In this document: positions 1-12,190 of the stretch, one piece after another
How positions within the stretch are numbered: position 1 is the first letter of the stretch
How the letters are laid out: each line of letters starts with the position of its first letter
From: the human T2T-CHM13v2.0 reference genome, Homo sapiens
Assembly: GCF_009914755.1 (NCBI RefSeq)
Contig: NC_060937.1
Length of the DNA: 64,000 nucleotides
Reading direction: 5' to 3' (one strand)
Position numbers and translations under genes: made by a program
Notes under the pieces: model-generated
Told to the model about the DNA's origin: nothing
The model's input: the letters and a program-made list of their open reading frames with translations, nothing else
The model's database searches: none

Positions 1-38
1 GACACACAGACACACACACATACACACACACACACAGA
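1..38. repeat. (CA)n microsatellite
   Basis: gacacacagacacacacacatacacacaca... Confidence 0.9.
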
Positions 39-549
39 GAAAGTGAGAGAGGGCATGCCCAATGATAATGAAATGCTAACAACAGATATATCTAAGTAAA
101 TGGGATATGGGTATTATTTTTATTTTTTCCAACTTTTAGAGTTTGAACTTATTTTCAAGTAAAAACTTTCTAAAAACGCATAACATACCAAAGAACAGAC
201 ATTCTTGAGATAAAAATAGGAAAAAGAAACCTATCTGACAATGACTGGTTTACAATAAAGATCCTTAAAAGATCAACCCCACTCCAGCTCACCAGGGAGC
301 AGCCCCAAACTAGACTGACAGCCCCGTGGGGGTACACTGATTTGCCCCAACATCTCCAGCCTTCACTACAGTGGTGTTCGCACACAGTAAACACTCAAAT
401 GTTAAATGCAAACAAATGAGCAAATTATGACTCAAGACTACAGAGAGAACTACAGAAGAATTAAACAGCAGAGAAAGATGATCATTCTTCAAATGGTTCA
501 AAGGACAAACCTTTCAATCTATGAAAAACTCTATGGTAACTGTTTCTGT

Positions 550-750
550 ACTTACTTTGTGTTAGACATTGTGCTGGGCACTTTATAGATACCACTTCAT
601 TAAATCCAACATCCCTGTGAGGTAAGTACCGTTAACCTTCTATACACTGACTTAGGGAAGTTAAACAGGTAGCCAAAGATCATCAATTTAGTAACTGAAA
701 AAACTGCAGTTTGACTCCACAGCATAAGCTTTTAACCACCACACTATAGT
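550..750 (-). mobile_element. MIR SINE
   Basis: Reverse-oriented MIR core (ttgtgctgggcacttt...cctgtgaggtaagtac...ttttaaccaccacactata). Confidence 0.65.
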
Positions 751-3044
751 GCCTTCATAGAACAGAATAAAAAAATTAAGTATCCAATAGTATTCCCAGA
801 AATTATGTAATCCTGTCACTCTCAAAAGAGAATAGCAGATTACAAAGAGCAAATCAAAAAGAAGCACACCAAAGAGGAGACAGAACAAGCTGAGAAAGAC
901 ACCCAGAATTCTCTACCAGTTCTCAAGACAATGAAAACCATAATAAAGAAGATTAAGAGCAAGAGACAAAAATTATCCAGTAGTTACTAGATATTATTAG
1001 AGAGTGTAAAGAAGGTAATTTTTTAAGTAAATATATTTTTTAAAAAAGGTGCTGGGGCGGGGGGTGGAGGCGGGGATGGGGATTCACACATCTCCCAAAG
1101 CTTTCAGGAAGAAAAAAAGGATTATGATTAAATTTTTTCAAGTTAAGATTTTTCTCGTGACAGCATAAACTGAAAAAACTGAAGAAAATGTTTTCAGAGT
1201 ATAAAAAAGAAAAATTTGTAATATGAAACATTATACTGTGCCAAGTTCTTATAGCCTAAAAGGAACAGTCTCTTTCCGACATGTAGGGTTTCAAAAACTT
1301 TATAATTATTTTTAAAGGATCACAACCAAGACTCCGAAAGATTGAGGGTAAAGTTGGAATTAACAGAGGAAATATATTTTTGCAAGAAAATTGTGACAAG
1401 GTTTACAATCTAGGTTAATCAAATCAAACAGAGAAAAGGGGAATAAAAACTTTATTTTCAGTGGGGAATGGGAGAAAATTTATATCTTTAATATTTATAA
1501 TCATTTACATTCACAAAATGAGATTCTGAATTATAAATCATTGCAGGAAGTAAAAGAAGAGAAAAATAGAAAGAAAAGAAAAATTTTGCCTCAAAACAGC
1601 CAAGCATTTCAATTACAACCGTCAATCCAAACAGTTACCTCTATTAAGCTTTTCAAAAGATACATTTTTATAACACAAAAGAATCCAAAATAAATGTGAA
1701 AAGATAACCATTCAACTGTTAAACTAACACCCTACGTGGCCATAGTGTCAGGCAAAGCAAAATACCTGCCCTTCCTGATCCCTCAACAAAAAACACATTA
1801 CATAGAATAAAGAACAATTTTATACTGGTAAAAAACACAATATATTAACACTGGCCTGACCTACTTGCTAAATAACAGCCACAAATTATTTGTTTAAAAA
1901 TATGATAAATTGATAGGAACAATTAATAGTGGTCAATTGTAACTTGTTGAATCAACAAGTCAAAAAATAAGGTAAAAGGACTTCATCTAACTAAATGAAA
2001 TTAATAAACACAAATGCTACACCTTTAAAAAGTCAATACTTCAAGTATCAAAATATTTATTTTAAAAAACCTACCTTAGTTAAATTCTCTGATTAAATGA
2101 AATGTAAGCATAAATTAACATACTTCAGCACAACTTAAAAAAAAGTTATTCGCTAAGGTATATACATACATAAAGTTACAAATACAATAAACTTGGCTTC
2201 AGTCAAAGCTATAGCCTAAGGTAAACTTATAGCCTTAAATGTCCTTTTTCCTTAGGAAAGAAAATGAATTACAAATTCAACTTCATATTAAAAGTAAAAA
2301 GGCAAGTAGAGGAACTGAGTGAAGATAAGAGTGTAAATATACAAATCAGTCAAACAGCAGAGTTTTTCCTTTCCAATGATGTCATTCAGCAAGAGAAGGA
2401 ATCTGAACAACCTGAGGAAGCAGGCCAGAGTTCATCACAATCCTTCAGCCCTCAGGTCCCACTTCCCAGGTAGCCACAGCTGAGCACAGTTACCCAGCAG
2501 CTCTTTTTCCCCCCAGGAGAGAAAGCCCCTCCCCTCAACCCCCACCACTCAGGCAGATGCCTAGTAGAACTTGCTGAAGACCACAACAGAACCTGGTAAT
2601 ACTGCTTGCAGTTCTAGGTGCCAAACCTCACTGGCGAGGACAGGGTGCAGGTACAGAATCTCTCTGCGTCTGCTCCCACATCCTCCCCACGCCAGGGACC
2701 TGGGGTTCTGGCGACATCACCCTCCTTTCCCAGGCCCTCCACCTCCACCCTAGAAAAAGCAGTTCCGAGAAGGGCAATGACAATGCTGTGCCTTCCACTC
2801 CCGCACACGGGCCATCACGCCCTCTCCAGCTCCAGGGAAAACCCGCTCCAGGCCCATGCAGCACCTGAGGGTCATCTCCATCCCTCAACCTCGCGACACC
2901 AGCAGCCCAGGAAGGCTAAGCTTAAAAGCTAAACCGCACCTTGGATTCCAAGGGCTATCTCCACTACCCCACTGCCCCCAACCCGGCTCTGGACGCCTCC
3001 CCCTGAAGGGGCAGAAGCCAAGTGAGGTAGGAAGTTAGTTAATG

Positions 3045-3452
3045 AGTTCATCGGCATTTTTTATAATAGCTCAAAATTTTAAAGGACCCAAATGTTCACC
3101 AACAGGTGATTCAATACACAAATTGTGGTATCTCCAGCACTCAGTAATACAAAAGAATCACTACTGATCTGTGCAGCAATAGGGATGAATATCAAAATAA
3201 TTACACTGAGTTAAAGAAGCCAGACCAAAAACGAGTATATAGTATATGAAGCTTTTATTAAAAATTCTAGGAAGTGAATACTAATCTATAGTGAAAAAGC
3301 AGACTAGGAAGACAGAGGGTTTGGGTTTGAACAGCCACAAAGCAAGCCAAGAGGCACCAGGAAACTTTGATGGTGATGACTATGTTCATTATCTTGAAGA
3401 GTGTACAGTTTACTGTATGTCAGTTATATGTCAATAAAGCTGTTTTTAAAAA
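3045..3452 (+). mobile_element. Old L1M 3' end fragment
   Basis: cccaaatgttcacc...aaattgtggtat...agaagccagacc...gttatatgtcaataaagctg resembles L1M 3' UTR. Confidence 0.7.
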
Positions 3453-3543
3453 GCTGATGGTAATGTATAGATTTGAATAGATATCCGATTTGTCTGTTCT
3501 CCACATAAAACATACAGAGGATTTAAAAAAGTAAACAACTTAC

Positions 3544-3658
3544 TTTGCATTTCCAGCCATTGGTTGGTACAGATTTCATAATTCGTTGAAGACAAAAAGT
3601 ATGATACCCTTTGTCACACGTATCACACACTAGCATCTTGCTATCTTCTCCCGATTGT
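3544..3658 (-). CDS. KMT2C: KMT2C exon 9-homologous exon (115 nt): QSGEDSKMLVCDTCDKGYHTFCLQRIMKSVPTNGWKCK
   Basis: Read manually because it is absent from the ORF track. Acceptor ctttttag|ACAATC and donor TGCAAA|gtaagt; continues the second PHD finger in frame from exon 8. Confidence 0.92.
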
Positions 3659-4034
3659 CTAAAAAGTAAGATAGCATTAATGATGGCTTATCTTTAAACT
3701 TATGTTTTGCAACATAAGTAATCATGAAAATCATCAGTCCTGGGAACCGCACAGTTCATAAATACCTCAGTATCTGTTTTGTCTCTGCAGATAGTAACAG
3801 AGGTAACCCTACCATAAGGATTACCTCCTAAATGGTGATCTTTACTCAATGCTCACCTATGGTTAACTTGCTCTAGCCATTTTAGGATTCCTGCAAAGGA
3901 GGAAGGGTTAAGGCAAGATGAATAGCCTCTGATCTTTACTTTTAAAATATAATTTTTGAGAGGAAGGCGCTGTAACTGCTATGTGCTACTGTGTGGAAAG
4001 ATCAAATCTTGGCACAGCAAATTGAAAAGACTGT

Positions 4035-4235
4035 CATATAACGTAAAGAGGATCAAATTTGACATCAGATCTCTATTTGTATCCAGGCTGCTGTTTTCTA
4101 GCTGTGTCACTAAACAACTTAGACTAAAGCTCTCTGAGTTTCAGGTATAAAACGGGAATAATAAACATTACTGTGAGAATTAAATGTAATGCAGGTTCAA
4201 GTGCTTAGAATGTCTATTAAGCAATTAAATGCTGA
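4035..4235 (+). mobile_element. MIR SINE
   Basis: ctagctgtgtcac...ctctctgagtttcag...gtgagaattaaatg...gtgcttagaa. Confidence 0.6.
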
Positions 4236-5511
4236 ATAATTATTTCAAAAGATGAACCTTGTCATAATTATTAAGAATTATAATTGAAAACCTAAAACCT
4301 TTCTTTAAACACTCTTCTGCCCCCAAAGATTGGGCCCCTGTCCTACAGCATTATCTCTGTTGAGATTTTTGACTATAATTACTTTCAGATACTATGATTT
4401 TAAATTCAAGAGGAGGGGAAGAGAAAAAACAGGGAAAGCAAGAAGAGCTGAGAGAGGAATCTCTGAATGAAATCTGGGGGATAAACAGAAGTCAACAGGA
4501 AGATGGGTCAGTTGGCCTCCAATTATTATTCAGTTCAACCTCTCCATAAAAAGTCACATGTTTTATCTCTTCAGCTACATGCAAAGATCTTGGAGGACAA
4601 GTACTCTTCCTTCAAGTTCTTTTAATCCTTCCCAAGAAACTGAGTGCAGATACAAGGTATCGAATAAATGTTTACTGAATATTTTATCTAATTTTTACCA
4701 AAATATGAAGGTACATAGTCCTATTTATGTCACGTAACTCTAAGATATTGACGCTTATTTCTTATAAAACTAAATAATAAAAACAGACTGATCATGGCAG
4801 TTGGGCATAATTCTTGCTGGTTACAACAAAAATTCTCAGCCTGTAAGTGAAGATGCTGGTAACATCCCCAAATTATCATGCTCATTAGAATCATGGGGGT
4901 GCAAGCGGAAATCACAGAAAAGACTGGAGAAATGACCAAGAGATGAAATACAATAGGAAAAGATAACCCCCTTACAAATTTGTAAATGCCACATATTTCA
5001 TTTTGGAATTATGCTGACCAGGATCTACTCAAGGTGGCTTTTAGAGAGATGCAGATGTACATTAAAATAATAGTAGAAAGTGTCCTTCCTGGAATGGAAA
5101 TTCAAACACATGACTGACGTTTTGACTCAACTCTAATTCTTCTACGTCTGTAGTGAGAGGTTTAAATCCTATCACATCCCCTCCCCAGTGCCCCTGAAGA
5201 CAAGTTACTTTATTCTTCTCATGCTTGTTTTAAATTGTTAATATCGCTTATTTTTTAAACTGTTGGTAAATTTAAATTAGCTCTTTAGACGACCAGAGCA
5301 ATTTAAATGATTAAAATCAGTTTTGTTTAGACTTCTTTCAAAATAATATAAACGTTAATATCCAGTAATTTTTTTAAGTATGATGAAGTCACTCTGAATG
5401 AATACAGCCAAAATATGAACAACCTCTATTATATTACACAAACTTTTAGCGCCTAGCAATAGGGTGCCTCTTAAACCCAATACACAGCTTTGAATTGAAA
5501 TGAAAACTTAC

Positions 5512-5683
5512 TTGCAGTTCTGGCACACTTTGCACTCAGGACATTGCCAACCTGCACGTTTTAAAGGAGTAACCGCTATATCCAGGCACATTCCATGATA
5601 GTGCTGACCACAAGTAGTACAAAAGAACTGATCTAAGAGGTCTCCCGGGCTGTCGCACACTGCACAGTTTGCATCTTCCTTCG
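5512..5683 (-). CDS. KMT2C: KMT2C exon 8-homologous exon (172 nt): (S)KEDANCAVCDSPGDLLDQFFCTTCGQHYHGMCLDIAVTPLKRAGWQCPECKVCQNC(K), PHD finger
   Basis: Acceptor attatag|CGAAGG and donor TGCAA|gtaagt; C4HC3 PHD motif; phase compatible with exon 7 (T+CG = Ser). Confidence 0.93.
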
Positions 5684-6501
5684 CTATAATTAACAGTAAA
5701 ACAATGAAATTGTTGTATAAGAATTTAAATTTTTTCTGACTACACAGTAAAATCATTTGAAAGGATTTGCATCATGAACCTTTCAGACATTTGAAGTTAT
5801 TCACATTGAATTGTCATCTAATCAAAAAGAGGTATCAATAAAAACACTGTAGGGTATTTAATCTAAATGTAACCACATTAAATTTAATCGTATAGTTTTG
5901 CAATTATTTGTGGCTATATCTACTTAAGACCATAAGCAGGTCTTCTTTAATTTTCTATTCCTAATGCCAATGATAATGCTGGATACCTAATTAATGCTCA
6001 ATATATGCTCACTGCAAAGAACCAAACAAGGAAAATACCAACTAAGAAATGCTTTGCAGTGTAACATAAACATTTTCTTTGAATGCTAAATATATTTTGA
6101 AATTACAAAATCAGACAAGAGACAAAATTAAGAAACGTTAATATCAATTAGACTAAGATGCTTCTTAAGCATAAACAGACTATTCAAATCACATAAGGGC
6201 TTTTTTTTGATTACTGGAAAATGTCTTATGTGGAAGAACATTAAAGACAGAAGCTACATATTCATACACAAACACATTACTTAATATACTAATTCTATAT
6301 TCATCTATATTAATTTCTAGTTGTAAAAGCATTAAAATCCACATAATTATGGACATCATCCATCCCTAAATGTGGATTAAAAGAAAATGTACTAACAGTT
6401 CTTTTACCATATAAAACAGAAAATATAAGGATAAACTGCCCTGCCAAATATACAGTTAAACTTATGCATATTGCAAAATAAGGAAAATAATGTATTCTAA
6501 A

Positions 6502-7094
6502 ATCATACCAATCTTAGATAATGTATAAAAAATATGCCTGTATATAACAAGTATCACAAAGTATATGAATCTTTTCATTTTTTGAAGGTTTGATCATTCC
6601 TATCTACTATTCTGACTCATATGTTCTTTCTTTTCCAGTCAAGCTTATCATACCAACATTTGATAATAATATATAAATATGCCTGTATTTAACAAGTATC
6701 ACAAAGTATATGAACCATTATTTTTCCTTTTTTTTTTAGACAGTTTCACTCTGTCACCAAGGCTAGAGAGCAATGGCGCGATCTAGGCTTACTGTAACCT
6801 CCGCCTCCCAGGTTCAAGGGATTCTCACGCCTCAGCCTCCTCAGTAGCTGGGATTACTGGCGTGTGCCACCATGCCCACCTAATTTTTATATTTTTAGTA
6901 GAGACGATGTTTCACCACATAGCCCAGGCTGGTCTCAAACTCCTGAGCTCAAGCAATCCTCCTGCCTCACCCTCCCAAAGTGCTGGGATTACAGGTGTCA
7001 GCTACCGCACTCAGCCTTTTTCCCATTTTTTGAAGGTTTGGTCAGTCCTATCAATTTCTCTCTGACTCATACGTTCTTTCTTTTCCAGTCAAGC
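6502..7094. repeat. Diverged 145-bp tandem duplication, second copy split by an Alu
   Basis: Unit atcatacca...ccagtcaagc at 6502-6644 recurs from 6647 and resumes after the Alu to 7094. Confidence 0.85.
6728..7016 (-). mobile_element. Alu (AluJ-like)
   Basis: Poly-T followed by full antisense Alu; ctcctgagctcaagcaatcc. Confidence 0.95.
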
Positions 7095-7133
7095 ATCTTG
7101 AAACAGAGTAAAAATATATTTCTTTTATTTGTA

Positions 7134-7323
7134 CCGGAGTCTGCAAACTTTTCCTGAAAAGGGCCAGATAGTAAATATTTTAGGCTTTGTGAGCCATAGC
7201 AGTCTCTGACAAAAAGTCAGACCTTTTGTTTTATTTACACTCTTTTAAAAATGTAAAAATAATTCCTCGCTTGAGGGCAGTACAAAAACAGGCTTCAAAA
7301 TGTGGACGCTGGCTGGACCTCTG
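7134..7323 (+). mobile_element. MER58-like hAT DNA transposon
   Basis: gcaaacttttcctgaaaagggccagatagtaaatattttaggctttgtgagcca. Confidence 0.7.
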
Positions 7324-7993
7324 ACATACTTCACGAAGGCTGGCTTAGCACCTAATACTCATCTGAAGCTACATTAGTGAGGCTGCCAATGCCCATAGGA
7401 AACCCGATTTAGTCTTTGGCTTTTTTGCACTTTGTAGCATTTGCATTGCTAGCCACTCCCACATTAAAACGCCCCTTTCCTTAGTTTCTATCACGGCAAC
7501 TCTCTCCTAATTTCTCCTTAGTTTTCCCCCACTTTCATCTCATCCTCCTTTGTTGGCTTTTGTACCTATACAATCTTTCTAAATGCTGGAGTTTCTTAGG
7601 ATTTCATCCTTTTCCTTCTTTCCTAATCCCCCATAGTTTCCCTTTGTGATCACATCAACTCTCACGCCATAAAATGCCACCATGATTCCCAAATCTGTAT
7701 TATTGGCCCTAGAATTCTTTCATAAACCCCAAACATTTATTCTTCAAGTCTTACTGGATCTCAATAGCCAAGTGTTCTAAACACTCAATCTCAACTGCTC
7801 TAAAGTGAAACTTTTTTAAAAACCCGAAACAGCATCCATTTTTCTCAAGAATAGATAAAGGCAGAAACCTTAGTATCATTGTTGACTCTGAACTCAGCTT
7901 TGACCCAACACATCCAGCCAGATCCCAATTCTTATGTATTAAACTTCCTACACATCATTCTTTCTTTATATGTTTATAGTTTAGTCTATCATA

Positions 7994-8073
7994 CTAGGTT
8001 GGTGCAAAAGTGACTGCAGTTTTTGACATTACTTTTAATGGCAAAGACTGCAATTACCTTTGCACCTACCTAA
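7994..8073. mobile_element. MADE1 (Hsmar1-derived 80-bp MITE) with TA target-site duplication
   Basis: ta-CTAGGTTGGTGCAAAAG...TTTGCACCTACCTAA-ta; long terminal inverted repeats. Confidence 0.93.
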
Positions 8074-8461
8074 TACTCTGTCTCGCTAACTGCAGTATCT
8101 TCTGCATCAAATCATCTCTACTTACGGTTCTGACATCCTCTCTAAATCATTTTCTACACATCCAGAACAATCTTTCAAAAATGTAAATCTAATTGTTAAC
8201 CTCTGTATAAATTAAAACTCCACCAATACCTCATTTTTCACCTAAAAGAAAATCAGAATTTTCAAGTATGATGCAAAAAGGTCCTTATCTCCCTTTCCAA
8301 CTGAATCTCAGAACCACTCACTATTTCGTGGTCATGGTGGGTTGTCTTCAATGCACCTCACATAACATGCTATTCATGTCTGTGTGCTTTTACACATTCT
8401 GTTCCCTCTGCTTGAAATTTTGTTTTTCTGCTGTGCTCCCAGCCTTCAAAACTCTGCTCAT

Positions 8462-8752
8462 GGCTGGGCACAGAGGCTCATGCCTGTAATCCCAGCACTC
8501 TGGGAGGCCAAAGCAGATGGATCACCTGAGGTCAGGAGTTCGAGACCAGCCGGGCCAACATGGTGAAACCCCATCTCTACTAAAAATACAAAATTAGCAG
8601 GGTGTGGTGGCACATGCCTGTAGTCCCAGCTACTCAGGAGGCTGAGGCAGGAGAATCGCTTGAACCAAGGAGGTGGAGGCTGCAGTGACTAGAGTTTATG
8701 CCACGGCACTCCAGCCTGGGGGACAGAGTGAGACCCTGTCTCAAAAAAAAAA
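8462..8752 (+). mobile_element. Alu (AluS-like)
   Basis: Full dimer with A tail. Confidence 0.95.
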
Positions 8753-9329
8753 TCTGCACATTATTTCCTGAATACCTATTACCACACCCAAATACCCATT
8801 TAGTTGTCGAATATTACTTTTACCCATATGCTTACAAGAAACTTCTGTTACATAATCATTTATTTACAGCACAACTCTGTGAATCCTTGAAGGACAGGAG
8901 CCTTAACTTTTTTAACTTTGTATCCCCAACTGCCTAACATGAATCAAGTCTTATTGAACATATTTTAAGTGAAGGACTTACTGCTAAAATAACTTTTAAA
9001 TGGCTCTTTAAGTGATAGGCATTTAAAATAAATCATTAATCTAACAATGGAAGCATCATAAATTGGTTCATTTTTGATAGAAAGGACATAACTGGGATGT
9101 TATGTTTCTTAATATTAAGAGAGTACTAGTATTTATCTTTCAAAATATGTACATTGAAAAATTGATCTCTTTTTGCTCACTGTAAAACTTTTAAAAATTG
9201 GGGGAATACTCAACTAATTATCAGAAACTAATTATCAGATAATCAATTCATTTTTCTATTATACTCTCCTAGGAACACTAAAATGCTTCTGTGAAACTTT
9301 CTAGAGTTTGCTCCCCTGACACTTCAAGT

Positions 9330-9604
9330 TGCCATGGTAGCTACTAGCGACATGTGGTTTCTGAACAAGTGAAATGTAATTAGTTCAAATCGAGGTATGC
9401 AGTAAGCATAAAATGCTCACTGGATTCCAAAATCTTAATGGGGAAAAAGTATCTCAAAATTTGAAATATTACTATTTTGGATTACTGAATTAAATAAAAT
9501 TTACTACAATTGTTCCCAAATGTTTCCTTTTCCTCAAATTTTTAACATACCCACTAGAAAAATTACTTATGTTGCTCACATTATATTTATACTGCACAGC
9601 ACTG
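9330..9604 (+). mobile_element. MER33/MER3-like hAT DNA transposon
   Basis: ggtagctactagcgacatgtgg...ctcacattatatttatactgcacagcactg. Confidence 0.6.
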
Positions 9605-11879
9605 TTATATACAACAAAGTTCACTCTGCAACAAGACAACTGTCATTGTAACAAAAATCACTTTTTAGACTATGATGATCTCCACCAATGCCTTACTGAC
9701 AACCTTGCTGTGTTATCTGATTACTATGGATCATTGGTAATAAATTAGTCAAAGAAAAACATCCATGTAATACATCTGGTGCAAAAACACTTAATATGCC
9801 TTATGTGAAAAACAATATTATTTTTAAAAGCACTACACAAAGAAATGAGGTTGGTTCCAACCCTCCCAGTCAGGGAGAAGATGTGTGGGAATACTGAAAC
9901 AACCTTATGGAGGTCATGTATAAGAAGATTATCGATACTACTGGATAAGTTTGGTGTCATCACAGAAATTAAATATGAATATTTAGACACACATGTCTGT
10001 AAGCCAGAGACATTAAGTTTAAAGCAATAATCAACTAAGAAATTTTTCTTTAAACAGTTGAAAAAGCAAAAAGACAGGCTATAACTAAAGATAATTTAAG
10101 AGGGGAGAGGAGTAAAATCCAGTTCTATTTGGCTTCTAAGATCAGGCTCTTGACTACTAATCAAATTGACTCCTCAGCAAACTATACTACTGATCAATGA
10201 AAGTGATGAGTATTTGAGTATACACAAAAGTAGACATGAAATTCCAACAGTGGCATACAATGAAGCTAAATGAAGTAAAGGGAGCAAGGTTCTTATGGCA
10301 GGAGAAAAGTGAGAGGAAACAAAATGATCATCTTTAAAGAAGGTCATTTCCTAAGAGACAGCTGTAAAAAAAGAAGAGATAAATAAAAAAGACAAAAACA
10401 TTGAGCTTAAATTAGAACAGAGCTTATCACAGATCCTTAAACTTGATGAAACTATTGCTTAAGAAAGTCCAGACAACACATAAGAATAAAAGCATTGGTG
10501 AACAGCAAGAAAAGTCAAAATAGCTGTCATACAGTGTAAATTGAAGAAGGACCAAATCAGTATTGCTTTCTAATTTCCATCAAACCCTATCATCTGCCAA
10601 TTTTCATTACTGGCAGGACACTGGGCTGAGTGATTTGTCTATAAAAGAGAATCTCTGGAAAGAAAAAATAAATCATGGATGTCATCCAAAGAGGCTAGAC
10701 CGTATCATTGGCAGGTAGATAAGAAAGGTCAGAGGACTGACAGAATTTAGGGCAAAAGAAAAGCAGCAGGACTTAATGTCAAGAAATACAAAGATAACCA
10801 AAGAAAAGAGGCTGGAGTTAAAGCTTAAGTGAAGTAAAAGGAATTAAAGCTAAATGATGAGTAAATACATTGAGGAACAGGGGGTGAATTAAGATATGTA
10901 GCATTTCCATGTTTAAACCTTGCAAAAACTTCTCATTGCAGACCGAACAGGACCCAAACTCCTTCCCTTGCTTATAAGCCTACATGATCTAGCCTTTGTT
11001 CGCCTTGATGATGTCTCTACTACCCTCACCTAGTAGGCTACTATGCTCCAAGTAAAATGACATGCTGTCTGTTCATGAATCATGCCAAGTCCACTCCTCA
11101 AGGTCTGTGTAGTGGTCTGTTCCCTCTCCCTGGAATGTTCTTTCCTCTTATCTTGCATGATTGGCTTCTTACCATTCAGTTTTCCTATTCAGGAAGTATA
11201 TCTGGTTGTATCTCCTAGATGGATTTTTAGTGTAAAATTTCCAGACAAGGTTAATGTATCCTTGTATCATCATGAAAATAATGTTGCAACAATGACCAGC
11301 CATTTACCTATGACAGAGCACCCTAAAAGTGTTTCCTGATGAAAATCTTGGCCTTCTTCACAGATACTCTCTTTAGTGGATTTCTTTATAATGAGATACA
11401 TGCTTTTGTTAAATTTCTCAACTTTTATAAAAAGAGGTCAACCTTACTCCTAACTCAGTCAACTATCACAGCTATTGCTCTGCCCTTTAGGAAGCATCAG
11501 AAAATACATATACTCAATGTGTATTATCATTCTCATAACTTAAGCCTTAGATATGAGGTAAAATAACTACCCTTTTTAAAGCAATTAATATATACAAGGC
11601 AATGTTATGTGAATTCCATTCATTGTGTTCATTTAACCCTCATAATAACACTATGATTTAAGACAGTATCATTTTAAAAGCATAAAAAGTAACTTCTGCC
11701 ATGACACACAATTAGGATAGGAAGAAATATTTATAAAAGATGTTAAAAAGGTGACAAAACATCCTATCTGCAATATTCTTTAAATTATATCCTTGGAACT
11801 TAATCCAAGATTATGATCTTCTTAACAGATGGGTCAGAACGCTGTGTAGTTAGAATGCACTGTTTAAGATCCCCAAGGA

Positions 11880-12190
11880 GGCCGGGCACGATGGCTCACA
11901 CCTCTGTATCCCAGCAGTTTGGGAGGCTGAGACGTGCAGACCACGAGGTCAGGAGTCCGAGACAAATCTAGCCAACATAGTGAAACCCCGTCTCTACTAA
12001 AAATACAAAAAATTAGCCGGGTGTTATGATGTGCACCTGTAATCCCACCTACTTGGGAGGCTGAGGCAGGAGAAATCACCTGAACCCAGAAAGCGGAGTT
12101 TTCAGTGAGCCAAGGCCATGCCACTGCATTCCAGGCAGGGTGACAGAGCGAGACTCCATCTCAAAAAAAAAAAAAAAAAAAAAAAAAAAA
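11880..12190 (+). mobile_element. Alu
   Basis: Full dimer with long A tail. Confidence 0.95.

Larger units (their letters stand above)
7370..8900. mobile_element. Fragmented L2 LINE (interrupted by MADE1 and Alu)
   Basis: Pyrimidine-rich L2-type motifs (gattcccaaatctgtat, aaccttagtatcattgttgactct, atctttcaaaaatgtaaatct). Confidence 0.55.

Noticed and set aside
2264-3038. ORFs over the GC-rich island
   Set aside because: Overlapping ORFs on both strands are expected from GC content; no recognisable protein similarity.
5684-5756. N-terminal parts of ORFs 5508..5756 and 14166..14474 as coding sequence
   Set aside because: They lie upstream of the splice acceptors and are intronic extensions.
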